From NCBI GenBank assembly GCA_050948825.1, contig JBMNEO010000009.1:68887-132886 (forward strand): a stretch of DNA of 64,000 nt, in the 5' to 3' direction. The position numbers and the translations under genes were made by a program. The stretch comes from Dethiobacteria bacterium. Lineage in GTDB: Bacteria > Bacillota > Dethiobacteria > DTU022 > UBA8154. Of this stretch, positions 35,101-43,860 are shown piece after piece. The notes beneath the pieces are model-generated. The model was given only the letters and a program-made list of their open reading frames with translations, was not told the DNA's origin and did not search any database. Position 1 is the stretch's first letter. The number at the start of each line of letters is the position of its first letter.

Positions 35101-35990
35101 TTCCTGTCCGTTGTAAAAGGCATGTTTAAGATAGTATCCCAAACGTCCTCTTCTTTTAATGCTATTTTTTGCATCAGTTCTTTTCTTTTCCTGGTTGCTC
35201 TACCGGCATTATGAGGTATGTCCCTATTGAAATAGGCGAGCCCCCTGTTTGCTGTATCAATTGCCTTTTTAATGTTCCCTATTGATGAAAGCGTGGTTGT
35301 TTGCTCCGCCAAACATTCCGCCTTATCCAGATCGGTTTTTGCATGTGCCAGCAATTCACTTAACAGAATTTCGGAATTCTCATAATTCCCGCACATCAGC
35401 TCCGTTTTTGCGGCTTTCTGATAGACTTTGAATGTATCCTCATAGTAACCCTCTTCCCAACAGTCAGGCGGCAATAGCTCCCGGCTGAGCTTGAAATACT
35501 CATTGGCCGCTTCCGTAGCCAGGGAAGCCAGCGCCTTATTACCGGCATGATAGTTTAAGCGGGAGAGGAAATTAGCGGTCTCCTTATCCGGATTAGCATC
35601 TCTCCCCAAATTGAGGTGAGAAACGATAGTAAACAGGTTGTCGAGTTTTTCTGCATACGCGAGCGCCTTCCCGGACGTGGCTCCTAAAAGGCGATTGCCT
35701 GCCCGCCAGTGGATCAGGCGGCGCCTTTCCGCCGGTATGGCTGATAACGTTGCCTCCTGGACCTTATCGTGGATGAACTGCAGCCGATCCTTATTTTCTA
35801 CCAGGAGCCCCTGCCCCAGGGCCGGTTTCAATATTGAGAAAGTTTCCAGCAGGGACCTATCACTTATCAATGCTAACTCGGCAGCAGAAAAGGTATTCCC
35901 CATACACGCGCAATATTCCAGCAGGCCGATTAACTCCGGCGGGTACTTCTGTATCTTAGAACTGAAAAGGGCAACTACGTTGGTCGGCAT
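32136..35990 (-). CDS. C-terminal part of a frameshifted giant signalling protein: TPR-like/STAND arm, GAF, coiled coil, PAS, HisKA_2-type histidine kinase
   Basis: GAF (..LCLPVLKQLKMIGMLYLEN), PAS, H-box EVHHRVKNNLQII, and HATPase (LSVSDNGIGLP). The reading frame stays open a further 40 codons upstream of the listed Met, to 36110. Confidence 0.8.
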   Translation of the reverse strand: MPTNVVALFSSKIQKYPPELIGLLEYCACMGNTFSAAELALISDRSLLETFSILKPALGQGLLVENKDRLQFIHDKVQEATLSAIPAERRRLIHWRAGNRLLGATSGKALAYAEKLDNLFTIVSHLNLGRDANPDKETANFLSRLNYHAGNKALASLATEAANEYFKLSRELLPPDCWEEGYYEDTFKVYQKAAKTELMCGNYENSEILLSELLAHAKTDLDKAECLAEQTTTLSSIGNIKKAIDTANRGLAYFNRDIPHNAGRATRKRKELMQKIALKEEDVWDTILNMPFTTDRKSKIELSIYSELIPDLYLSGRVPQLYLAAAQSTWHCLSGGMDESVIYALSIMGLQLAEEGKFEEAFKYEDLARDLSAKYPNTFGATRGMNGIVWCNMHSRNHPKEIVEYCLKSIQCGKNCGDLYNAGLSYGPLMWNLQVQGADLSAIEEYAQECLQFSRRYHLAFSVGLAEAMQAGWIEPMKKGYSPMPMEEKLKQWEADNHIASAGSYYVHMALTHYYLGEYKEAERCLIMVRKYLSGLTDNVLKRQWHVFLVLNALKMYELGIRFNSKEELLKEIRPVIRTVEKWAELGPLLKPYLALLYAELERVTGDFKKAHSLYLDAIEIAHAQEYTFLEGHLYECLGELVQGAGQCSARVYFAEAVRLYRKCGAGRKEFKLIEKFPEYFEEEKHFYPHLPYLGRENPSSRLLPNLDGGYLMKSALAISAEIEQEALLKKIMHVVIESSGAQHGYLLMEQKGSLFVRAESHIGPGQTVQTVYQKLDDAGNICKAIVRYVYRTGEKVILNNASREGPFKNNTEVQHMQLRSVLCLPVLKQLKMIGMLYLENRLAEAVFTTEKIQLIELLASQAAISLENARLVEEMKQTQEALRRAKDELEMRVRERTVELARVNRLLKNDIIKRKQVEKSLKAERHRFNTVLEMLPAYLVLLTPDYHVTFVNRFFRERFGEPRGRRCFEYLFGRSEPCENCESFIVLETMAPHNWEWHGPDGRNYYVFDFSLTDVDGSIMIVEMGIDITERKRAEQEIQKLNRELEERVNERTTQLAAANRELHASEEYLLKTLHEKETLLKEVHHRVKNNLQIIHSMLNLQLSYIKDEQARAPFRESQDRIYSMALIHEKLYKSESLVKIDLAEYIRSLTANLFLSYGVNERTIRPEIHVEEISLNINTLIPCALIVNELVSNALKHAFPDAARLVDETETVGELRIDLRRVNNRQFILSVSDNGIGLPKGFNIESCESLGLKLVKVLAKQLKGTITFRTNGRTEFAITFTE

Positions 35991-36105
35991 GGAGGATTGC
36001 CGGATTTTTTCCAGGCCCCAGCGCCACTGCCCGTCTTCATCAAGAAAGAGGAGTTCTTCATGATGAAGATAAAAGAGGCTTTCACTGACAAAGAGCGGAT
36101 TCCCT

Positions 36106-37773
36106 TCAGCTCAGTATGCAAATAAAATCAGCTAACGTTTTAGTTTGTTCCAGAGTAGTGTCAAGAATATAGGCAACCATTTCATGGCAATGCTCCGGCC
36201 GCAGCGGCTCCAGCCTGACTTCTTTCAATGGCTGACGGTTTTCCCCGGCCTTGCGGATAAATCTGGAGAGAGGATGGCCGGAATCCACCTCGTTGTGACG
36301 GTAGGCACCCAGGAAAAAGAGATAAGGGTGATCCTGGTAATTAGCGTATAAATATGCCAGGAATTCGAATGATGCCGTATCACACCACTGCAGGTCATCT
36401 ATAAACAAGGTCAGGGGATTCTCCTCACTTGCAAGGCAGGTCAGGAAGCGGTCGAAAAGATCATGAAATCTGTTCAGTGATTCCACCGGGGGAAGCTGCT
36501 TGACCCCCGGCTGCGGGCCGATCAGAATTTCCAGCTCCGGGATAACATCCGTGAGGAGCTTTCCATTTTTCCCCACTGCTGTTAAGATTTTATTTTTCCA
36601 TTCTGCAACCCTTTCATCGCTTTCGGTCAGAAAAGTGTGTATTAAGCTTCTAAAGGCCTGGATCAGGGAACTGTATGGAATATTTTTTTGATATACATCA
36701 AATTTACCAGACGTAAAATAACCCCTGTGCCTTACAATCGGTTTTTGCAGCTCCTGGATGAGGCGGGTCTTGCCGATGCCGGAGACCCCGGAGATGAACA
36801 ATGAGCGAAATTCCCCTGTGGCTGCCGTCTCGTATTCTTTCAAAATGATTTGGGCTTCCCGGTCACGCCCGATCATCTTGGATATGAAAGTGAACCGATG
36901 TTCGCAAATGCTTTTTTCCAGAGGGAAAGAGCGTATTGTGCCGGAAGCCTCATATTCATCACGGCAGCGCGTCAGATCGGCCAGGAGGACTTTGCTGCTT
37001 TGATAACGTTTCTCAGGCTGTTTGAGCAGTAACTTGTTGATGATTTTACTTAAGGCTAAAGGTATCTCCGGGTTTACTTCGTGAACTGCAAGCGCTTCTT
37101 CAGCAAGGTGCGAATGGATTAAAGCAAGCGGATCGCCGGAAACAAACGGAAGGCGTCCGGTTAAAAACTCATAGAAGACAATACCCAGGGAATACAGATC
37201 GGAAGAGGTAACCACCCTGTGGTTAATGCGCCCGGTTTGCTCCGGGGAGGTATAAGACAGGGTTTCTCGGACAAAAGATTGGTCATAAATAAAGTGGCTT
37301 ATATCTCGCACATCGACTCCGCTGATAAAGCCTATCAGCCGGATGCCTAGATTATCTGGGTTAACGATTATGTTATGCGGTTTAATGTTACCGTGAATTA
37401 TTCCGGCTTCGTGTACCTTATCAAGAGCATAGGCGAGTTTACAGGCAATGGAGAAAAAATTGTTCAAGGTTACTTTGGCGTGATCTTCCATTAACTGATT
37501 TAAAGTTAAGCCGTCATAATAGCTCTGTACAATATAACACACACCATCTGTCACGCCAACAGAAAAAGGTACAATCAACAGAGGATCGTTTAAAACCCTG
37601 AGCCGCTCGATTTTCATCCTGAGCTGTGCGAGCGTGTATTCTGCCGGCTTAATTGATTTCAGCACCTTGAGTATCAGGGAACACTCAGGATTTTTTTTAT
37701 GATATGCCTTATATATTGCAGTCAACTGGGTTTCAGCCATAAGATCAATTATTTCATAGTTTGGAAACAGCAT
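36106..37773 (-). CDS. N-terminal part of the same gene: degenerate Ser/Thr-kinase-like domain plus AAA/STAND NTPase
   Basis: Kinase fold in which HGNIKPHN replaces HRDLKPxN and GFI replaces DFG. Walker A ISGVSGIGKTRL. Walker B LFIDDLQW. It ends one nucleotide out of frame with the 32136-36110 frame. Confidence 0.8.
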   Translation of the reverse strand: MLFPNYEIIDLMAETQLTAIYKAYHKKNPECSLILKVLKSIKPAEYTLAQLRMKIERLRVLNDPLLIVPFSVGVTDGVCYIVQSYYDGLTLNQLMEDHAKVTLNNFFSIACKLAYALDKVHEAGIIHGNIKPHNIIVNPDNLGIRLIGFISGVDVRDISHFIYDQSFVRETLSYTSPEQTGRINHRVVTSSDLYSLGIVFYEFLTGRLPFVSGDPLALIHSHLAEEALAVHEVNPEIPLALSKIINKLLLKQPEKRYQSSKVLLADLTRCRDEYEASGTIRSFPLEKSICEHRFTFISKMIGRDREAQIILKEYETAATGEFRSLFISGVSGIGKTRLIQELQKPIVRHRGYFTSGKFDVYQKNIPYSSLIQAFRSLIHTFLTESDERVAEWKNKILTAVGKNGKLLTDVIPELEILIGPQPGVKQLPPVESLNRFHDLFDRFLTCLASEENPLTLFIDDLQWCDTASFEFLAYLYANYQDHPYLFFLGAYRHNEVDSGHPLSRFIRKAGENRQPLKEVRLEPLRPEHCHEMVAYILDTTLEQTKTLADFICILS

Positions 37774-38188
37774 GTTATTTCCCTTAGTCGTCGCGTATTT
37801 TGATAAACCAATTAGTATGCAACTTTTACCAATTTAATTTTCACCATATAATTTCCACCATAAAAGATGTTTTCCTTCTAAATGTAAGTAAATATTTATA
37901 ATTATTTTATCATTCGATAGACCTCTACAAATATTTACAACGCTGGTTACCTGGGGTTATCTTAAGTTTAAATTTATTCATGATTCATATAAACTAAAAT
38001 AGCGGAAAAATTGCGGGAGCTGACAAAAATCTGTTATAAGTGCCAATATACTAAAAGACTGCTGTAATAAAAGCCGATATATTTAATCCATCATTTGCAT
38101 GATTTTACAAGTGTATTTTTACTTAAATTGAGAAAATATAATTCCGAAGGGTTAACTATGAAAATTTACAAAGAAGAAGGGATAGACC

Positions 38189-39241
38189 TTGAAAAAATTA
38201 AGAATGGGTATTATCGGAACAGGGATGGCTTTTGAAAAGCTGCATTACCCTGCTTATCAAAAATTAAGTGATAAGTTCGTAATAGCAGCACTCTGTGATT
38301 CTGATTTTCAAAAGGCGGATAAATGGCGCAAGCTCCTTAATCTGCACCCTGGGGACAGTTACAGCGACTTTCATGAAATGATCAGGCGCAAAGACCTGGA
38401 TGCTTTTGATATTATGGTTCCCATAGAGCTTAATTATGAAGTGACCGAAGAGATTGCGCAGGCAGGAAGGCCTATCATCACCGAAAAACCGCTGGGAGCC
38501 ACAAAAGAGCAGGCTTTCGCCGCCAGGGAGCTGCCGAGAAGGTTTAATATCCCGATCATGGTTGCCGAAAACTACCGTTATAACGATGACACTAATATTA
38601 TCCGCGACCTTATCAGGACACAGGAGACGGGAAGGGTATATTACTTTATTCAAAACAGGTTTGTAGATTTTCCTGCTGAAATGACAAAAGATAAATTTCC
38701 CGCCAGGGATTGGCGGCAGCATCCGGAGTTCCCCGGAGGAGTCTTTTATGATACCGCTGTGCATGAAATAGCAGCCCTGCAGCATATCTTTGGAGCTATA
38801 GAGAGCGTCCATGCCTTCGGCGTTAAACAGGAAGAAGATTTCTCCCCTTATTCTGTTATCCAGACTAATCTTCTTTTTAAAAGCGGCATTACCGGCCATT
38901 TTACCTTCTTCTGTGCGGGTAAAGAAATACAAAGACCACTGCTTGGTTTACGTATTTTCTGTGATAACGGCATGATTTATCTTGAGGGGAGGGACTGCGG
39001 AACTGTTAACGTTTTTTATAATAACGGGGAAAGCAAGCAAATTCCATATCAGCCCCAGATGGGGTTCCATCACGAACTGTTGAATTTCTATAAAGCGGCA
39101 TCGGGCGAGGAGCCTCTTGCAGTTACCCCCGAACTGGAATACGGTGATGCAATGGTTATTTTTGCCATCTTAGACTCCCTGGAAAACCGGAAGGAAGTAA
39201 AAGTAGCCGCCAGGGCAAAATACGAACCCGTATATCAATAA
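38189..39241 (+). CDS. Gfo/Idh/MocA-family NAD(P)-dependent oxidoreductase
   Basis: N-terminal Rossmann MKKLRMGIIGTGMAF and the EKP motif (ITEKPLG). TTG start after GAAGGGA. Confidence 0.85.
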   Translation: MKKLRMGIIGTGMAFEKLHYPAYQKLSDKFVIAALCDSDFQKADKWRKLLNLHPGDSYSDFHEMIRRKDLDAFDIMVPIELNYEVTEEIAQAGRPIITEKPLGATKEQAFAARELPRRFNIPIMVAENYRYNDDTNIIRDLIRTQETGRVYYFIQNRFVDFPAEMTKDKFPARDWRQHPEFPGGVFYDTAVHEIAALQHIFGAIESVHAFGVKQEEDFSPYSVIQTNLLFKSGITGHFTFFCAGKEIQRPLLGLRIFCDNGMIYLEGRDCGTVNVFYNNGESKQIPYQPQMGFHHELLNFYKAASGEEPLAVTPELEYGDAMVIFAILDSLENRKEVKVAARAKYEPVYQ

Positions 39242-39295
39242 AACCGTAGATAATAAAATATTTTTTCAACATATAACAAACATATTCAACATATA

Positions 39296-40855
39296 TCAAG
39301 AAGAAGACATTCCGATAATCTTAAAAAGTTTCTCCAAATCGAGGTGTTCCCTGAGAAGCGCAGCCAGGCTATCATAGCTTTGCTCGCGATGTTTTTGTAT
39401 TTCCAGCCCGCCCTCTTCTGCAAGAGGCCGCAGGCCTGCTCTTTTTCGCAGAATATTTAACCATCGCCGGCGGAAGAGGTCGTTGTGAAATATATCATGC
39501 AGGTAGGTTCCCCAAACAGGTAAATCAACGGATGATGCTCCGATTAATTCTTCCTCGATACCCGGAGGCGCGATAATACTGATACACGGGGCATCCGCAG
39601 GGATCTCACTTTTCCCGTGCCTGACATCATACCCGTCAAGTTCAAGGTTTGCACATGACCCCCAGCTGGCGTGTGAAGAAACCCTGGCTTTAACCCGGCG
39701 GGTTATTTTTGCAGGGGTAAAAATTGTTGAGACCGGAAGTAAACCCAGCCCTTCGGCAACCTGGATATCCTGGTTCTCGATCCCTTCCGGATCATGAAGC
39801 TCCCTCCCCAGCATCTGGAAACCACCGCAAATACCGACAACAGGAACCCCCCGGGCATTTAGCTCCATGATCCTGCCTGCCAGCCCGGACTCGCGCAAAA
39901 AATAAAGGTCTCCGGTGGTGTTTTTGCTTCCCGGGATTATAATAGCATCTGGAAAGCCAAGAGAGTTTTTATTATCTACATAGCGCAGCACAACGTCTTC
40001 TTCCGCGTCCAGCGGACCGAAATCCGTATGATTGGAGATCCTCGGCAGTTTGATCACGGCTATATCCAGCAGATCCGTTATCTTCCCTATCTTCCCGGAT
40101 TTTTTAGTTTCGGAGCCGCTCCTATCCTGAATTGAAACGGAATCTTCCTCTTCAATCCCGTGGTTGCTGACGTACGGGATAACTCCAAGCACAGGCAGGC
40201 CGGTACGCTTCTCCAAATAATCAATGCCCGGCTTCAGGATCTGCGCATCTCCCCTGAACTTATTGATGACAAACCCCGCGACCATATCCCTTTCCTGAGG
40301 GGTAAACAGCTCGAGAGTCCCGATAATGGAAGCGAAAGAACCGCCCCGGTCAATATCGGCCACGAGAATAACTGGGGCATCTGCCAGAAAAGCCACCTTC
40401 ATGTTGGCAATGTCCTTCTCCTTTAAATTAATTTCTGCAGGGCTGCCGGCGCCTTCGATTATCAGAAGATCATACTCATTGCGCAGCTTCCCCAGCGCCT
40501 CCCTGACGACCTCGATTCCTCTGGGAACATAGTTATTGCGGTACTCCCCAGCATTCATATCGGCAAGGGGCTGCCCCAGGACTATAACCTGAGAAACCAT
40601 TTTTTCTTTAGGCATTAATAAAATCGGGTTCATCTCCACCGTTGGGATAACCCCTGCCGCCTGGGCTTGAATTCCCTGGGCATGTGCAATTTCCCCTCCG
40701 CTTTGCGTAATGTAGGAATTAAGGGACATGTTTTGGGATTTAAAAGGTGCAACCTTAAAACCCTCCCGGTAGAAAAGGCGGCAAAGACCAGTCGCCAAAA
40801 AGCTTTTCCCCGCATTAGAAGATGTCCCCTGAATCATGAGACATTTTGTCGGCAT
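39296..40855 (-). CDS. cobQ: cobyric acid synthase
   Basis: N-terminal P-loop MIQGTSSNAGKS and a C-terminal GATase-3 domain (GICGGFQMLG ... H). 519 aa. Confidence 0.9.
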   Translation of the reverse strand: MPTKCLMIQGTSSNAGKSFLATGLCRLFYREGFKVAPFKSQNMSLNSYITQSGGEIAHAQGIQAQAAGVIPTVEMNPILLMPKEKMVSQVIVLGQPLADMNAGEYRNNYVPRGIEVVREALGKLRNEYDLLIIEGAGSPAEINLKEKDIANMKVAFLADAPVILVADIDRGGSFASIIGTLELFTPQERDMVAGFVINKFRGDAQILKPGIDYLEKRTGLPVLGVIPYVSNHGIEEEDSVSIQDRSGSETKKSGKIGKITDLLDIAVIKLPRISNHTDFGPLDAEEDVVLRYVDNKNSLGFPDAIIIPGSKNTTGDLYFLRESGLAGRIMELNARGVPVVGICGGFQMLGRELHDPEGIENQDIQVAEGLGLLPVSTIFTPAKITRRVKARVSSHASWGSCANLELDGYDVRHGKSEIPADAPCISIIAPPGIEEELIGASSVDLPVWGTYLHDIFHNDLFRRRWLNILRKRAGLRPLAEEGGLEIQKHREQSYDSLAALLREHLDLEKLFKIIGMSSS

Positions 40856-40874
40856 ATTGTTCCACCTTTCACCC

Positions 40875-40943
40875 GTGCGACATTAGGGACGGTTCTCGCT
40901 GTCGCATTTTTTGCGACAGCGAGAACCGTCCCTAATGTCGCAC
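40875..40943. repeat. perfect 32-bp inverted repeat (5-nt loop) built from two GGGACGGTTCT elements
   Basis: GTGCGACATTAGGGACGGTTCTCGCTGTCGCA, then ttttt, then TGCGACAGCGAGAACCGTCCCTAATGTCGCAC. Each arm also contains TGCGACA...TGTCGCA. It fills the cobQ-hesB spacer. Confidence 0.95.
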
Positions 40944-40954
40944 TTAGTAAGCCC

Positions 40955-41266
40955 TTAAGAACAGGATCCGCAACAGTCCGAACAGGAGTCCTCACCGGTT
41001 ATGGAAAAACCGCCCCGTGGGCCCTCATGGAAATCGATAACCTTGTCGTTTAACTGTACAGTTATTTTTTTCTCATAGACAATGGGAACCCCTTCAATTT
41101 CATCTACATTATCCTGGCCTTCATGAACCGACTCTTCCAGAGCCATACCTAACCGGGGTCCGCCTCAGCCTACACCATCCACATAAATCCTGATATAAAG
41201 CCCTTCCCCGTTCTGCTTTAAGACTTCTTTCATCTGTTCTGCCGCTGCTGCTGTTATTCTCATCAT
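40955..41266 (-). CDS. HesB/IscA-like Fe-S assembly protein with in-frame UGA (putative selenocysteine)
   Basis: Reading from ATG 41266 (RBS GGAAAGGTGA) gives MMRITAAAAEQMKEVLKQNGEGLYIRIYVDGVG-UGA-GGPRLGMALEES.. in frame with the 63-aa tracked ORF. The TGA at 41165-41167 sits where IscA/HesB proteins carry the conserved Cys of the GGGC(S/G)G motif. The C-terminus is Cys-rich (CSDCCGSCS). Confidence 0.65.
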
Positions 41267-41284
41267 GCTCACCTTTCCTTTCTG

Positions 41285-42208
41285 TCAACTTTGATATTTA
41301 ATATCTGCCTTTTCCCTTAACAGGTTTATTTGTTCTTCCATCTTTTCATAAACAAGCTCTTCAAGCAATTTTTCTTCTGCCGCTTCCTTAACCTCGTCAA
41401 AAGTAGCTTCGTGAGCTTCCCTGCGATCGAGCACTTCTATAATATGAAAGCCGTGCACAGTCTCTACCGGAGCACTACGAGAACCTATCGCCAGATTGAA
41501 CGCAGCCTCCTCAAACTCGGCTACCATTTCTCCCCTTTGGAAGAAGCCTAAATTTCCTCCCTGTTCGGCGGATACGGTATCAATAGAATGCTCTTTAGCA
41601 AGTTCAGAGAAATCTTGCCCCTCGTCCAGCAGTTGAACAACGTCTTCCGCCTCCTCCAGCGTTTCAACTAAAATGTGACGGGCTTCAACCTGTTCCGGGG
41701 TGTTAAATAAATACTGGTTTTCTGTATAATATTCCCTTACTTCCTCATCCGTTATTTCAATCTGCTCGCGAACTATTTTACGAAAAAGAAGTTCTATTTC
41801 GAGATCTTTTCGCAGGGCTTCTTCCGTAAGGCCATATTGTTCCAGAGCTTGATAAAAATAATCCTCTGCTCCATAGAAATTTTCCTTAATTACTTTGCCA
41901 ATTTCAGCATCTATATCCTCTTCATCAACGCTTATCTCAAGCTCTTTCGCCTCTTGAAGAATTAAGCGGTTGCTGATCAGACGTTCCAAAACCTCCCGGC
42001 CGCCGTTGGTAAACATCGCATCATAAAGTTCGTCTTTTGTTATCTCCTCACCATTCACAGCAGCAACTACTTCACTTTCATTATTATTATTATTGACAAA
42101 ATTAATTATTAATACTGCCGCCGATGCCAGAACTATTAAAAGAACAACTATATAAACCACCGGCAAAAAACCCTTACGGGATACGTTTTTTTTCTCCTCG
42201 GGCTCCAT
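41285..42208 (-). CDS. PrsA/SurA-like peptidyl-prolyl isomerase (parvulin type), membrane-anchored
   Basis: TM anchor, a SurA_N-like region, and a PPIC rotamase motif (ARHILV ... GGNLGFFQRGEMVAEFEEAAF ... GFHII). Start at ATG 42208 after AAGGAG. Confidence 0.85.
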   Translation of the reverse strand: MEPEEKKNVSRKGFLPVVYIVVLLIVLASAAVLIINFVNNNNNESEVVAAVNGEEITKDELYDAMFTNGGREVLERLISNRLILQEAKELEISVDEEDIDAEIGKVIKENFYGAEDYFYQALEQYGLTEEALRKDLEIELLFRKIVREQIEITDEEVREYYTENQYLFNTPEQVEARHILVETLEEAEDVVQLLDEGQDFSELAKEHSIDTVSAEQGGNLGFFQRGEMVAEFEEAAFNLAIGSRSAPVETVHGFHIIEVLDRREAHEATFDEVKEAAEEKLLEELVYEKMEEQINLLREKADIKYQS

Positions 42209-42379
42209 CTCTTCACTCCTTCTAGTAATATACACGTTGTCATACTGTATGCTTTAAGCAGGGCAACTTATTCTTATCCTCTTTCTGTTCGTTATATAAT
42301 GCGGATAATCCTTTTTTTATAGATATAAAATATTTTCCTGCAAAACATAAAAAACATAATAACATAGATGCAGGTACAG

Positions 42380-42415
42380 CAACAAGCCCTGCGGTGATAC
42401 TTTTTGGGCTTGTTG
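42380..42415. terminator. 10-bp hairpin CAACAAGCCC/GGGCTTGTTG downstream of the nitroreductase gene
   Basis: 16-nt loop. The T-run is only on the plus side, so function is uncertain. Confidence 0.3.
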
Positions 42416-42493
42416 TTTCTACAATATCTATTGTTCAAAATCTATTGTTCAAAAGAATTCCTAACTGGCTCCTCCAACAGAAATATAAAATTA

Positions 42494-43024
42494 TTATCTG
42501 TTAAAGGTATCCCAGTGTACAATCTCCTCCATTTTTTTCCGTTTTGTTTCATGCCGCCCGGGATCTCCTTGATCAGCCGGATAACCGAGGGGGAGCAGCA
42601 CTATAGGCTCAACATGCGGAGGCAGCCTTAAAAGCTTATGCAGCGCCCTGGTATCAAAATTGCATACCCAGCATGTTCCCAATCCCAGCTCTGCTGCCGC
42701 CAGCGTCATATGATCCGCTGCTATGGCCGCATCGATATCACAGTGTCCTTTGCCGTCCGGGCGCCGCCAGGCCTTGCTGTGATCGCCGCAGATCATTATT
42801 ATCACCGGCGCTTCATAGATCCAGGCACCGATTTCGTATGTATCAGCTACCTTTTTCCTCATTTCTTCCTCACGGAAAACAATAAAATGCAGCGGCTGGA
42901 AATTTACCGCAGAAGGGGCAACCCTTCCTGCTTCAAGAACCTGATGCAATTTATCTTCTTCAACGGGGATATTTTTATAGCTCCGGACGGAATACCTTTT
43001 TTTAGCCAGCTCCAGGAATGTCAT
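42494..43024 (-). CDS. nitroreductase-family protein
   Basis: KRYSVRSY, PSAVNFQPLHF, and the 176-aa size. RBS GGAGG. Confidence 0.85.
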   Translation of the reverse strand: MTFLELAKKRYSVRSYKNIPVEEDKLHQVLEAGRVAPSAVNFQPLHFIVFREEEMRKKVADTYEIGAWIYEAPVIIMICGDHSKAWRRPDGKGHCDIDAAIAADHMTLAAAELGLGTCWVCNFDTRALHKLLRLPPHVEPIVLLPLGYPADQGDPGRHETKRKKMEEIVHWDTFNR

Positions 43025-43041
43025 TTTCTCTACCTCCGGTC

Positions 43042-43860
43042 TTAATAAGATAGCAGCCAGATCTCTGTTACCTCCGGCAGTGTACTTTTAGACACTGTAA
43101 CCGATTTTTCGCCGCTGTGCTTGATATTATCTTTATCCTGCAAAAACACATCCAGATCCTGCAACGGCCAGTCCGCTATCGCCTGAGTGCGGTAATGCAT
43201 GGGTATTACGACTCTGGGCCTGAGCTGTTCTATTACCTGATCGGCTTCCAAGGGATCTATTGTGTAGTGTCCCCCAGTTGGGATTAAGAGAATATCCACT
43301 GGAGACAAACCGTTTATCTGTTCTGCGTTGAGGAGATGCCCAAGGTCACCCAGATGAACCAGCCGCAGGCCGTCCATTTTGACAATAAAGGCAGCGTTAC
43401 GTCCCCTGTCATGACCCCCGGAATTATCATGGAAAGTATTCACGGAGGCAAATGTAACTCCGTTAATGGAGTAGTCCGTATCCTGCCACCCGTCAGCGGT
43501 TAACCCACGCAGCACCTGCGGATCACCCTGGGCTGCCTGCACATAATTGTGATCGCTGTGCTCATGGCTAACGGTAACGACATCGGCTTCCTGCGACAGG
43601 GCTCCGTATCCACCCGTTCCGGCCGCATACGGATCCATCAGAATCCGGGTTTCTCCAGCCGATTGCAGCAAAAAAGCAGCATGGCCCAAATAAGTTATCT
43701 TCAATTCCTTCTCCGGCATCTGTTCAACCTCCTCTTCAGTTTCTGTTTTGGATTTATCTTCTGCATTGCCCTCTGCATCTTCCAATACTTCCTGTTTTGG
43801 AAGAGCTTCCAGCCCTTCTTTCTCTTCTTCCGGCACCTGTCCCCCCCCTGTCAGCACCAC
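43042..43860 (-). CDS. MBL-fold metallo-hydrolase (downstream part of a gene split at a G8 tract)
   Basis: HxHxDH motif (SHEHSDHN) with further His/Asp ligands. The tracked ORF starts at a GTG immediately after the homopolymer. It has an E/K-rich linker and no signal peptide of its own. Confidence 0.8.
   Translation of the reverse strand: MVLTGGGQVPEEEKEGLEALPKQEVLEDAEGNAEDKSKTETEEEVEQMPEKELKITYLGHAAFLLQSAGETRILMDPYAAGTGGYGALSQEADVVTVSHEHSDHNYVQAAQGDPQVLRGLTADGWQDTDYSINGVTFASVNTFHDNSGGHDRGRNAAFIVKMDGLRLVHLGDLGHLLNAEQINGLSPVDILLIPTGGHYTIDPLEADQVIEQLRPRVVIPMHYRTQAIADWPLQDLDVFLQDKDNIKHSGEKSVTVSKSTLPEVTEIWLLSY

Noticed and set aside
36100-36115. Programmed +1 ribosomal frameshift (prfB-like) in the giant kinase gene
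   Set aside because: There is no CUU-UGA-type slippery context and no upstream Shine-Dalgarno-like stimulator. A mutation or a base-call error is the simpler explanation.
40856-40954. Cobalamin riboswitch in front of cobQ
   Set aside because: The spacer is only 99 nt and is almost entirely the 32-bp palindromic repeat. No B12-box-like GCCACTG or typical conserved core was seen.
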